From Nitrosopumilaceae archaeon (GTDB lineage: Archaea > Thermoproteota > Nitrososphaeria > Nitrososphaerales > Nitrosopumilaceae): a DNA stretch of 64,000 bases. Made by a program: the position numbers and the translations under genes. Positions 55,216-64,000 of the stretch are shown here, one piece after another. The notes under the pieces are model-generated. The model ran no database searches. It saw only the letters and a list, made by a program, of their open reading frames with translations, and had not been told where the DNA came from. The stretch spans positions 64,001 through 128,000 of the forward strand of contig CBDATR010000009.1 in the NCBI GenBank assembly GCA_965200155.1. Reading direction: 5' to 3'. Numbering within the stretch: position 1 is the first letter of the stretch; every line of letters begins with the position of its first letter.

Positions 55216-55499
55216 TTTATGTTATAATATGATTATAATATAAATGTCATGTCATGGAATTATACGATAGTCATAAATAGTATGGAGTAATCAACGGCCA
55301 TCTGACACTCATATTTAATCGCTTTATGATGGTTTTACTATTCTCTACATTCCAGAAGCCTGGTATGGGTTCACGTGATTAGAAACAGTCTGGTAGAATA
55401 GACCTTATGCGCATGGTTGACATCAGGTCGCTCCAAATTGGGGTGGAATGATACCAAGCGTGTGTTACAACCTGATTTTGCTTGAGCGACCTATATGGA

Positions 55500-56090
55500 T
55501 TCATTGAACTGGAATAGTAGTCCCCTTGTTTGTGCAGCCCGGATACTACAATCCGGAATTCATCACGACTGCCATTTAGCATGCGGATGACATGCTCGAT
55601 TAATATGCGCGGATATATTTCCTCGTGAGTGATTCTCCGCCTTTGCTCCGGTTAACATTCCATGGTATCTTGTAACTGCTAGGCGTGGTTGATTTATCCC
55701 CACCTGCCGCCAAGGAGAATCGTGTGTTTTCAATCTTGTTTGCTCCCTGATTTCTCTCGGGACGCTGAACATGTATTCTTCAGCCTGGAACATACTGACT
55801 TGATCGATATTACACTGATATCTGCTGTTGGATCATACCCCGCCTTGTAAACTGCATTTGAGTATCACTACCAGCAGCTCCTGTTTTGTATTGCAGCGGC
55901 AGAAGAGATGCCGAATGGTAACGTGTCCACGATCATTTGTAAGATCTAGGAATGCGACACCCCAGAGATTCTACATATTCCTTGAATCTGGCCAATATTC
56001 CGGAGAGCATCTGATCAGCGAATCCGTGCATTCTATGATATTCACTTCAAGTTTGGCGTGCAGACTTTAATCTCGGTGTGTAGCCGGATG
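55500..56090 (-). pseudogene. Heavily decayed copy of the IS5-like transposase at 35428-36582
   Basis: Shared nucleotide blocks such as CCGGAATTCATCACGACT, ACATGCTCGATTAATATGC and CCAGCAGCTCCTG.TTTGTATTGCAGCG. Confidence 0.7.
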
Positions 56091-56099
56091 TGAGTTCTT

Positions 56100-56751
56100 G
56101 TATGAGTTCACGTGTTTAGATTGGCGTAATGCATTCTACGTATGAGTTCACGTCTTCGGAATCTTATGCACAAAAGAACCGGTTCTTTAACTGTCGCGAT
56201 CAGTTATAGAATGACCCGTTCCATTTAGACACAGGTGAACTCATACCATTCTACTACAGAAAGGCCCGGTGTGGACTTTAACTGGCCGGGAATCATTCCC
56301 GGAACACATCCAAGAATGATTCAATCCCCTCAGTAATTTGCGCGGACGACCCACAACGATTCAGGGATGATCCGGGCGTCCTGATAGCGCCCAGGTGCTG
56401 ATACACGCCATTCTGTGACTCATTCCATGGTAGCCGTCCATATGAACTACTTACATCATCCAAATCTAGCCACTGTTCTCCGCTATTCCACATGTACCAT
56501 GAATTGTTCCCAGGCATAATTGGCCCTGGAATGGTCGCCCCTTTATTTACCGCACCCAATTGGAATCATTCCCGCTCACTGCTACCGCACATTCTAGCTG
56601 GCATTAATTCCGTTATGTGTACTCTGTCGGGACAGGATATACGCCAGCCTTACTGTCTTTTGGCTATTGGGCGGCTAGAACAGTACCATAGCTATGCCGT
56701 CCCGTGGTTGGGCGGCTAGAACAATTTCGTGGCTATGCCACACTCTCATAC
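56100..56751 (-). mobile_element. IS1595-like transposon remnant starting with TIR GTATGAGTTCACGTG; right end uncertain
   Basis: Homologous to 34876-35360. ORF 56293-56559 (DD.SSSY..L...YQH...ITEGIESF) resembles the IS1595 DDE C-terminus, and the family's 8-bp TSD matches the MITEs. Confidence 0.5.
56140..56246 (-). mobile_element. MITE (subfamily B variant) nested in the larger element, TSD CATTCTAC
   Basis: TIRs plus a duplication at 56132-56139 and 56247-56254. Confidence 0.9.
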
Positions 56752-56801
56752 AAGCCGGGTTGGCATCTGAACGCGTGAGACAACTTAAACTGAGAAAAAA
56801 A

Positions 56802-58631
56802 TTAACTAGTGATGGTAAAGGTTACAGTGTTGGACATGGTATGAGTTCCTGAGGGTCCAGGGGTTCTCACAAATGCCGTATATGTGTCAGCATCTAGGTC
56901 ATTGAGGGTATAGGAGTTAGGTGATACGCGTGCTGCTCCGCCTTCAATGACTCGATCTCCGTCCCCATCAAATACCGCCACGATATAGATAGTATCTGCC
57001 AAGTCGTTCCAGCTTAGAGTAACATCATTGCCACTTATGGTTCTACTTAGTACTAATGTCTGACTGTTATCAGGTGATGTCTGACTGTTATCAGGTGATG
57101 TCTGACTGTTATCAGGTGATGTCTGATCTTCACTGCTACTAGATGATGTAGTGAACTTTAGGGTTCCCAGAAGTCCAGTGGGATCACAGTATTTATACAC
57201 ATTTATGGTGTATGCAGTATCAGGTGTGAGGCCCGTAATTGTCAAGGGGTTTGATTCGAAATCCTCTATTTCAGCACCTAAAAACCCGGAGGAGGTTTCG
57301 AAGATACCGGCGGTTGTACAGGTTGCGTCTTGTGGATTATAGTCCTCTGAGGCGACCTCTATAGTTACAGAGGTGCTATTTTGAGTTTTGATTTGGGGTG
57401 GATCAATACCAGGATCACTTACGGTAAGTACAAATTCATCACGTATGATGTCGCTACCAGCAGTTGCTGTGACACGTAGAGTGTATTCTCCTGCTGCTGT
57501 TCTATCAGGCTCCAAAACGAGGTAACCATTTGATGTTCCTTCAGACCCAGGTAATGTCTTGTCGTTCAGGACCTCTACATTATATGTGATGGCTCTATCA
57601 TTATAATCAGTTGCATTTAGCTTTATTTGACGTGATGTACCCTCGTCCATGGTAATGTCTGGTATAGTATTAGTGAATCTGAGGGGGTTAGTATTGACAT
57701 TGAAGGTTGCTAAACTTAGCGCTTTGCATTCGTTGACCACACTGATGGTGTAATCAGTATTAGGTAAGAGGTTTGTGATTGTCATGTTACCATGAATAGT
57801 CAGAGATTCGGTCCAAATAAGCTTCCATGGGGAAGATTCAAAGACATCAGCTACTACACAAAGAGGTGAGTCTTTATCATTTGTTGGTTCAGTTCCAGGT
57901 ACTTCGATAGTTATAGAATTTGCCGTTCTTTTTGAGATTATAGGTGGATCTATATTGTCGTCATTTACGGTAAGTACAAAGTCCTCATGTATGGTGTCGC
58001 TACCAATAGTTGCTGTGACACGCAGTGAATATTGTCCACTATCGGTTCTGGCAGGAAGCAAAACAATGTGGTCTGTAATTGCACCGTCAGAAGATATGGG
58101 AGCTATGAATACAAAACTGGGTGCAGCCGTGCCGTCCTGTTTGGTTATTGCATATGTGACAGAATCACTCGCAGGGGTTACACTGAGTGGTATGGTTTTC
58201 TTCTCGGTCTCATCCATGGTAATGTCTGGTATAGTATTAATGGAACTAGAGGGAGCGACTTTTGTCTTAAACTGTACAATGTTGGACTTGACAAAGCCGT
58301 CTCCAATGGTTCTGACAAATACCCTATAGTCGGTGTCAGGAGTCAGTCCGGTAATATCATGTGTGGTTCCGGTAACGCGTGTTGCCCCAAGTCTATTTCC
58401 ATCTCCATCACGTAACGCCACGACATAATCGTTATGGTTTGAGTACTGATTCCATGTAACGGTGGCACCAGTGGAGGTGGTGCTAGATACAGATATGGTG
58501 ATAGACTCGCTTGCTTGAGCAAACGCAAGATCAGTGGCCGGTACTAATACTAGTAAAAGTGCAAGGAGGAGACCCCCCCCCCCGATTAAAGCTTTAAGTA
58601 CGATATTGCTACGGTTCGTAGATTGTAACAT
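56802..58631 (-). CDS. Secreted/surface protein with fibronectin type III and cadherin/Ig-like repeats
   Basis: Hydrophobic signal region, FN3 motifs (TVTW, ITGLTPDTDY.V.V, LLPNTDY, LTPDTAY), duplicated NTIPDITMDE...Y.LRVTAT.GSD modules, and a SQTSPDN x3 linker. Confidence 0.85.
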   Translation of the reverse strand: MLQSTNRSNIVLKALIGGGGLLLALLLVLVPATDLAFAQASESITISVSSTTSTGATVTWNQYSNHNDYVVALRDGDGNRLGATRVTGTTHDITGLTPDTDYRVFVRTIGDGFVKSNIVQFKTKVAPSSSINTIPDITMDETEKKTIPLSVTPASDSVTYAITKQDGTAAPSFVFIAPISSDGAITDHIVLLPARTDSGQYSLRVTATIGSDTIHEDFVLTVNDDNIDPPIISKRTANSITIEVPGTEPTNDKDSPLCVVADVFESSPWKLIWTESLTIHGNMTITNLLPNTDYTISVVNECKALSLATFNVNTNPLRFTNTIPDITMDEGTSRQIKLNATDYNDRAITYNVEVLNDKTLPGSEGTSNGYLVLEPDRTAAGEYTLRVTATAGSDIIRDEFVLTVSDPGIDPPQIKTQNSTSVTIEVASEDYNPQDATCTTAGIFETSSGFLGAEIEDFESNPLTITGLTPDTAYTINVYKYCDPTGLLGTLKFTTSSSSSEDQTSPDNSQTSPDNSQTSPDNSQTLVLSRTISGNDVTLSWNDLADTIYIVAVFDGDGDRVIEGGAARVSPNSYTLNDLDADTYTAFVRTPGPSGTHTMSNTVTFTITS

Positions 58632-58987
58632 TTTGATAAAATATGGTCTACAGTAATATAACTATTGTCATTACATTAGTTTGTTTCAATAGTACGAAAA
58701 GTAAGTCCGCTTAGGATCCGGCGTACAGTAGTTCAGATTGCACAAGCCACGAAATGATATGGTAGAGAGAATAACAGAGGAATCAAGACAAAAGAGGTGT
58801 TGCCACAACCAACATAGCTCAAGACCTGAAACAAGGCACGTACGAAGATTGTGAACCAGAGAACGGGAACGACTCGAGTAAAGATGGACAGGTCATGATA
58901 CCAATCACCGCTACCCAGATACGAATGGTAACTGAAGCATACAGCAAGGATCCCGCCGGAGTAGTACGTATTGCAAAGAGGCTTAGA

Positions 58988-59079
58988 GTATGAGTTCACG
59001 TCTTCCGGAATCTTGTGCACAAATCACATTAACTGTCGCGATCAGTTGTGCGTAAATTTAGACACAGGTGAACTCATAC
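58988..59079 (-). mobile_element. MITE (subfamily A), TSD GGCTTAGA
   Basis: TIRs plus a duplication at 58980-58987 and 59080-59087. Confidence 0.92.
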
Positions 59080-59545
59080 GGCTTAGACATAATACATATC
59101 GCGCAGTATATCGCATAATGAAAAAGAACGGTACGACAGGCTCATCACCTGCAAAGTCAGAGTGGGTACGCTATGAGCGTAAATATTCCAATGCAATGTG
59201 GCACTGGCATGTCATGAAAAGATGAGCGCTTCAGGGGACTGAATCTCATAGATGATGCATCCAGGTGCATAGTCGGAGCGGCACTATTTGAGCATGTAAC
59301 CTCAGAGAACGCCGTTCTATTACTGAGACTGGCAATGAAACGATTCGGCGCCCCTGCATCTTGGATAACGGCGCGTGTTTCGTAGGACAATAAAAGGGCA
59401 AAAAGAACTGGAAGCCCACTATTCTAGGAAGAACTGCTGAATCAAGACATCATACTAATCAATTCCAGACCATACCACCCGCAGACAAATGGCAAACTGG
59501 AGCGCTTCCATGGAATGATTGAGGATAAGATATGGCATTATGACA

Positions 59546-59637
59546 GTATGAGTTCACCTATGTCTAAATTTACGCACAACTGATCGCGACAGTTAATGTG
59601 ATTTGTGCATAAGATTCCAGAAGACGTGAACTCATAC
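59546..59637 (+). mobile_element. MITE (subfamily A), TSD TTATGACA
   Basis: TIRs plus a duplication at 59538-59545 and 59638-59645. Confidence 0.92.
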
Positions 59638-60521
59638 TTATGACAGTCTCCGGGATTATGTGGACTACTACAATGAGAGAAGATTGCACTTCTCACTGGA
59701 TAGATAACGGCGAGACACCACTCCAGGAATAAAAAGGCGACCAGACAATTAGGGCAAATGATGCAAAATGGATGGAGCGGGATGCCAATGACTAGCGGAC
59801 CGACTTTTCATACATTACACCGGTTATGCAGTACGCCAATATTTAAATACTAGATGAAGGTAGTTAAGGTACGATTCCACCTAGTTATTGGCTAGAGAGG
59901 TTGCAGCAACTCCCAAGGAATCGTCTTTCATTTTGCTTCCCTTTATTCAACCATGACATGAAATGCCTGGCGCCATTAAGGGTGCCACGTATAAGAGTGA
60001 ATCACTCCCAATAATGACACTATGTTCTCCAACAAGTAACTTAACTATATAATTCCCAAATTAGTCGCCCAAAGACTTATGGTGGCCGCTATACGCCATA
60101 GACTTATAGAACACACTATATGTCTCGTCAAGCGCTGAAAACAGGAGAATAACATGCTGTTCACGTTTATTGATAGTAGAATCCGGTGACACAAGAATAC
60201 AGCTAAGCGCGCAATACGAAAACGAATAGACAAGCGCAAGATATCCGGTGACAGTAAGTTACTTCAGAGTGTACAGGACGTGCATGATTAGGGGCAGGGA
60301 TTTCTACCATCACATCAGAGGGTATTTGATGACTTACACTTCAAAAATCTAAACAGAAACCAAGATTGTGCTAATCATCGCCATCCATCTTGCGTAAATT
60401 GAGATATAGGTGAACACATGTCAAGCATGGTCGAGAGAAGGATTCAGAAAATGACCCATATACCAGATCCAGAGATTGTGGTGTTCGCATACTAATTAAG
60501 GCGCCTTACACAACAATAGCA

Positions 60522-61484
60522 ATGACAGGATTCGTGGAAGAGTGCTGTATACAGGTGATGGAAGGTACACCCATATCTCAGGATGATGCAAGACTGCTCT
60601 TTGAATCTGATATAACAGAGCTGGCTACAGCTGCCAACCACATAACCAGACATACACGGGGAGACATTATAGAGATAGAGCAGCTCTACAACATAAAGAA
60701 GAACGGGTGCAGTGAGGACTGTACGTTCTGTAGCCAGTCAGCCTTCTTTGATACAGAAACGGATTCTTATCAGCTGCCCCCTGCTGATGAAATAGTGCAG
60801 GGAGCACTGCGTGCCAAGAGTCAGGGCGCCACATCATACTGTTTGGTGGCCGCCTGGCGGGAACCATCAGATAGAGACTTTGAGAAGGTGTGCGATATCA
60901 TACTCAAGATACAGGCTGCCACAGACATTGGAATAGAGTGCAGTCTGGGATTCCTGAGTATGGAGCAGGCCAAAACCCTGAAACGGCTGGGGGTAAAACG
61001 TTACAATCACAATCTTGAGACGGCGCCCTCAAAATTTGCACAGATTTGCACGACACATACATTCCAAGACAGGCTGGACACACTACACAAAGCCAGGACC
61101 GCGGGCCTCGAGTTGTGTACAGGAGGCATTATAGGAATAGGGGAAACCAAGTCTCAGCGGCTGGAGCTTATTCTCGAGATAGCCAAGCTGCATCCAGAGG
61201 AGGTGACCATAAACATGCTGGTCCCCATACCAGGCACACCATTAGAGCTTCAAACGCCCCTGCCACCTCACGAGATAGGAAGGGTCTTTGCTGTAATGAG
61301 ATTCCTGCTACCCCAATCCACAATCAAGATATCAGGAGGCAGAGAGACGGCCACTCCAGACGGAGGCGAGTCCCTGCTGAGGAGTGGAGCTGACGGGATA
61401 ATAACTAATGGTTACCTGACCATACCGGGTAACACTCCCACCCAGGACGCGACCATGATACGGCGCATGGGCCTTGAGGCGTAG
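60522..61484 (+). CDS. bioB: Biotin synthase (radical SAM)
   Basis: CSEDCTFCSQS, YNHNLET, LC.GGIIG.GE, N.L.P.PGTP and I.ISGGRE motifs. Adjacent to bioF. Confidence 0.95.
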   Translation: MTGFVEECCIQVMEGTPISQDDARLLFESDITELATAANHITRHTRGDIIEIEQLYNIKKNGCSEDCTFCSQSAFFDTETDSYQLPPADEIVQGALRAKSQGATSYCLVAAWREPSDRDFEKVCDIILKIQAATDIGIECSLGFLSMEQAKTLKRLGVKRYNHNLETAPSKFAQICTTHTFQDRLDTLHKARTAGLELCTGGIIGIGETKSQRLELILEIAKLHPEEVTINMLVPIPGTPLELQTPLPPHEIGRVFAVMRFLLPQSTIKISGGRETATPDGGESLLRSGADGIITNGYLTIPGNTPTQDATMIRRMGLEA

Positions 61485-62595
61485 CATACCCCATATAACG
61501 CGTCATTTGGAACGTATTAGATCCCAGGGTCTGTACCGGAACATGCAGTATAGTCGCGTTACGGGTTCTCGTATTATCATAGGAGACAACAGTATGATAA
61601 ACATGGGATCAAATGATTACCTGTCCATACCTAGTCGCGCCATTCCAGGTAGTCACACCTCCAGTTCCCGACTGATAGCGGGCAATGATGAGGCATATAG
61701 TCAAACCGAAGAGTTGCTGGCCGGGAATAGAGGTCACCAGGCAGCCCTGATATACCCCACCGGATACATGGCCATCTCCGGGTGCATACCGGTTCTTGCC
61801 ATGCAAGGTCAGACCATACTCAGCGATGAACTGAATCATGCCAGCATAATAGAGGGCTGTCGCTTATCCGGAGCCAAGACCAGAATATACGCGCATAATG
61901 ATATGCAGGACCTGGAATCCAAGCTTGCCCAGTCTGGCGAGGATTCTATAGTAATTACCGAGGGCATATTCAGTATGGACGGGGATCATGCCATGCTACA
62001 AGATACATGCAGAATTGCCGCAGACCACGGTGCCTTTGTTATTGTAGATGATGCCCACGGGGACTTTGTGGTAGGCGAAGGTCACGGAACTCCCCGCATG
62101 ATGGGAGTGGAGAATGACACTTACTGCATCATGAGCAGCCTAAGCAAGGCGCTGGGCGCCTTTGGCGGCTATATTGCCGGAGACCAAGATGTGATAGAGA
62201 TGTTAATCAACACATCCCGTCCCTTCATGTATACATCAGCATTACCCACAGGAATAGTGCAGGACATACTATACCGGTTACAGTATGATGCAGATATGCA
62301 AAGGCGCCGACTGGAGAGGAACGTGAATAGGCTAGCCACAGGACTAGAGCAGATGGGATTATGTCAGGGACCCCAGACCCACATAATACCGGTCATGGTA
62401 GGAGATGAGCGCAATGCCACGGCTATTTCAGACGAGCTTGCCCGGCGGGGAGTATATGCACGCGCCATTAGATACCCAACAGTGGCGCGGGGCTCTGCAC
62501 GTATCAGGATATCTGTAACAGCTGCACTATCTGATGATGACATAGATTGCGTACTGGAAGCCTTTGATGGTGTCACATCGAGCATGCGTTCCTAG
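61474..62595 (+). CDS. bioF: 8-amino-7-oxononanoate synthase (PLP class II)
   Basis: SNDYL, SDELNHASII, TEGIFSMDGD, DDAHG, SLSKALG and IRYPTV motifs. Confidence 0.9.
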   Translation: MRRSIPHITRHLERIRSQGLYRNMQYSRVTGSRIIIGDNSMINMGSNDYLSIPSRAIPGSHTSSSRLIAGNDEAYSQTEELLAGNRGHQAALIYPTGYMAISGCIPVLAMQGQTILSDELNHASIIEGCRLSGAKTRIYAHNDMQDLESKLAQSGEDSIVITEGIFSMDGDHAMLQDTCRIAADHGAFVIVDDAHGDFVVGEGHGTPRMMGVENDTYCIMSSLSKALGAFGGYIAGDQDVIEMLINTSRPFMYTSALPTGIVQDILYRLQYDADMQRRRLERNVNRLATGLEQMGLCQGPQTHIIPVMVGDERNATAISDELARRGVYARAIRYPTVARGSARIRISVTAALSDDDIDCVLEAFDGVTSSMRS

Positions 62596-62687
62596 TCAAA
62601 ACCGCCAAACATGGGAGACCCGGCAAAGAAGGCTAGAATGATCAGGCTACCTAACACCACACCTACCAAAACCATCCTCTTGTTCAC
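62592..62687 (-). CDS. Possible small single-pass membrane protein
   Basis: The end of ORF 62592-62906 reads (V)NKRMVLVGVVLGSLIILAFFAGSPMFGGFD. The longer ORF would overlap the next gene, so a short version is proposed. Confidence 0.35.
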   Translation of the reverse strand: MNKRMVLVGVVLGSLIILAFFAGSPMFGGFD

Positions 62688-62838
62688 AAGCGTTGCAAAG
62701 TACCGGATAATAAATAGTAAGTCAGGACGTTTCTGCGCAGGCAGGCATGGTGACACCTCATTCCACTCAATAATAGCCATGATGTGCATATCAAGGCAGA
62801 TTTCTGGATTTATAATGTAGTTCAGATAGTCCTGTTTC

Positions 62839-64000
62839 ATGACGGCAAGCAAGGAGGTAGAGGTACGGGGACACCTCATAGATTCCATGATTCTGGCAAA
62901 AGTCATGGACAGGGTAATGAATCACAAGGGCAGTTTTGAGTTCATAGACTTCAATGTAGGTACCAAGGTAAGTGACACCAGTTATGCGAAACTTCGCATC
63001 ATCGGACATGATGAGGCCCATCTCAAGAGCATACTAGATGACATCCACAAGGAAGGCGCAGAAGATATCATGCCAGCTCCCATTATGCTCATGGAGGCTC
63101 CCGATGACATGGTTTTGCCGGTGGATTTCTACAGTACGACCAATAACAAGACGCTACTATTCCATGACGATACATGGATTACCGTTGAGAACCAGATGAT
63201 GGACAAGTGTATCAGGGTAAGAGGTCATGAGGCCGCGTGTATAACCATACGGGAAGTCAGGAAGGGCGATATGATAGTGTGTGGCGAGATCGGCATACGG
63301 GTGGTACCACCACAACGACCCCGGGAAGAGGCCAACATATTCTCGTTCATGGGGAGTAGTAGCTCCAGCGAGAGGCCAACTCAGCATATAGCTAGGCGCG
63401 TCGCGGAGAACCTGCTTCGAACCAAGGAGAGGGGCGGCAAGGTCGTGATGGTTGGAGGGCCAGCCATAGTACACACTGGTGCTGCGCCATCAATAGCATC
63501 GCTCATACGCCGAGGTTACATAAACGGGGTTCTGGCAGGAAATGCCCTGGCAGTACACGACATAGAGAATGCCCTATTCGGCACATCCTTGGGGATGCAT
63601 GTCAAGAATGCCACTCTGGCCAGCAAGGGATACAGGAACCACATGGATACTGTGAATGCGGTATTCACTTATGGCTCCATACGAAATATGGTAGAGTCGG
63701 GCAGACTTAGTAGAGGAATATTCTATGAGTGCATCAAGGCAGATATCCCATTCGTGTTGGCGGGCTCCATAAGAGATGACGGACCATTACCGGATGTCAT
63801 TACCGATGTTGTGGAGGCCCAAAAAGAGTACAAAAAAATAGTAAAAGGCGCAGACATGGTTCTCATGATATCCACCATGCTGCACTCCATAGCCACGGGG
63901 AACATGTTACCGTCCAGTGTTGATATAGTGGCCATGGACATAAACCAGTCCACGGTGACCAAGCTTATTGACCGGGGTACATGGCAGGCACTGGGTATAG
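62839..64000 (+). CDS. TIGR00300-family (LOR/SDH-like, ornithine cyclodeaminase-related) protein, runs off the window end
   Basis: Manual translation gives MTASKEVEVRGHLIDS..., FYSTTN, MDKCI, FSFMGS.SSSERP, GGPAIVHTG, GNALAVHDIE, LAGSIRDDGPLP and STMLHSIATGN. Confidence 0.88.
   Translation, partial: MTASKEVEVRGHLIDSMILAKVMDRVMNHKGSFEFIDFNVGTKVSDTSYAKLRIIGHDEAHLKSILDDIHKEGAEDIMPAPIMLMEAPDDMVLPVDFYSTTNNKTLLFHDDTWITVENQMMDKCIRVRGHEAACITIREVRKGDMIVCGEIGIRVVPPQRPREEANIFSFMGSSSSSERPTQHIARRVAENLLRTKERGGKVVMVGGPAIVHTGAAPSIASLIRRGYINGVLAGNALAVHDIENALFGTSLGMHVKNATLASKGYRNHMDTVNAVFTYGSIRNMVESGRLSRGIFYECIKADIPFVLAGSIRDDGPLPDVITDVVEAQKEYKKIVKGADMVLMISTMLHSIATGNMLPSSVDIVAMDINQSTVTKLIDRGTWQALGI

Larger units (their letters stand above)
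58686..59819 (+). mobile_element. IS481-family element remnant (copy 3) with two nested MITEs
   Basis: Homologous to copies 1 and 2, ending ...CATACATTACA. Confidence 0.8.
52415..60093. repeat. 37-bp inverted repeat pair (52415-52451 / 60057-60093) enclosing 7.7 kb
   Basis: TGTAGCGACCACCATAAGTCTTTGGGCGACTAATTTG versus the reverse complement TATAGCGGCCACCATAAGTCTTTGGGCGACTAATTTG (35/37). Confidence 0.8.

Noticed and set aside
56667-56738. 41-bp-period degenerate repeat (TTGGGCGGCTAGAACA x2)
   Set aside because: The identical core is short and lies in a transposon remnant; it does not fit the ~37-bp repeat plus spacer geometry.
56839-56848. GTATGAGTTC MITE-end-like word in the FN3 gene
   Set aside because: 10 nt only, with no partner TIR or TSD, and the reading frame is intact.
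52415-60093. Casposon interpretation of the inverted-repeat block
   Set aside because: There is no stand-alone Cas1 or family B polymerase inside, and no TSD.

Overview
This window is a defence and mobile-element island set between archaeal housekeeping genes: a PduO-type adenosyltransferase and a ferredoxin-dependent nitrite/sulfite reductase on the left, and bioB, bioF and a TIGR00300-family gene on the right. The gene content suggests a Nitrosopumilaceae/Cenarchaeum-like thaumarchaeote, which is inference only. The centre is a complete type I-G (I-U) CRISPR-Cas locus. A cas4-cas1 fusion and cas2 on + converge with csb1-csb2-cas3-csb3 on - across a ~21 kb array of a 36-bp repeat (roughly 290-300 units, estimated from length). 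The window also holds a decayed HaeIII-like/Dam-like R-M pair, a DUF499/DUF1156/SNF2 restriction-like system with a poly-G frameshift, and a Type ISP-like protein with degenerate nuclease and methylase motifs plus a deleted paralog. There are also an ABC substrate-binding protein, an FN3 surface protein, three IS481-like remnants and eight copies of a ~92-107 bp MITE. The most striking signal is repeated CRISPR-like geometry outside the array: ~37-bp duplications of ordinary coding sequence flanking unique 34-37-bp inserts. The cas1/cas2 junction carries a three-repeat, two-spacer version, and single events occur in three pseudogenes. This is the footprint expected from off-target Cas1-Cas2 spacer integration and looks like the de novo birth of an array.
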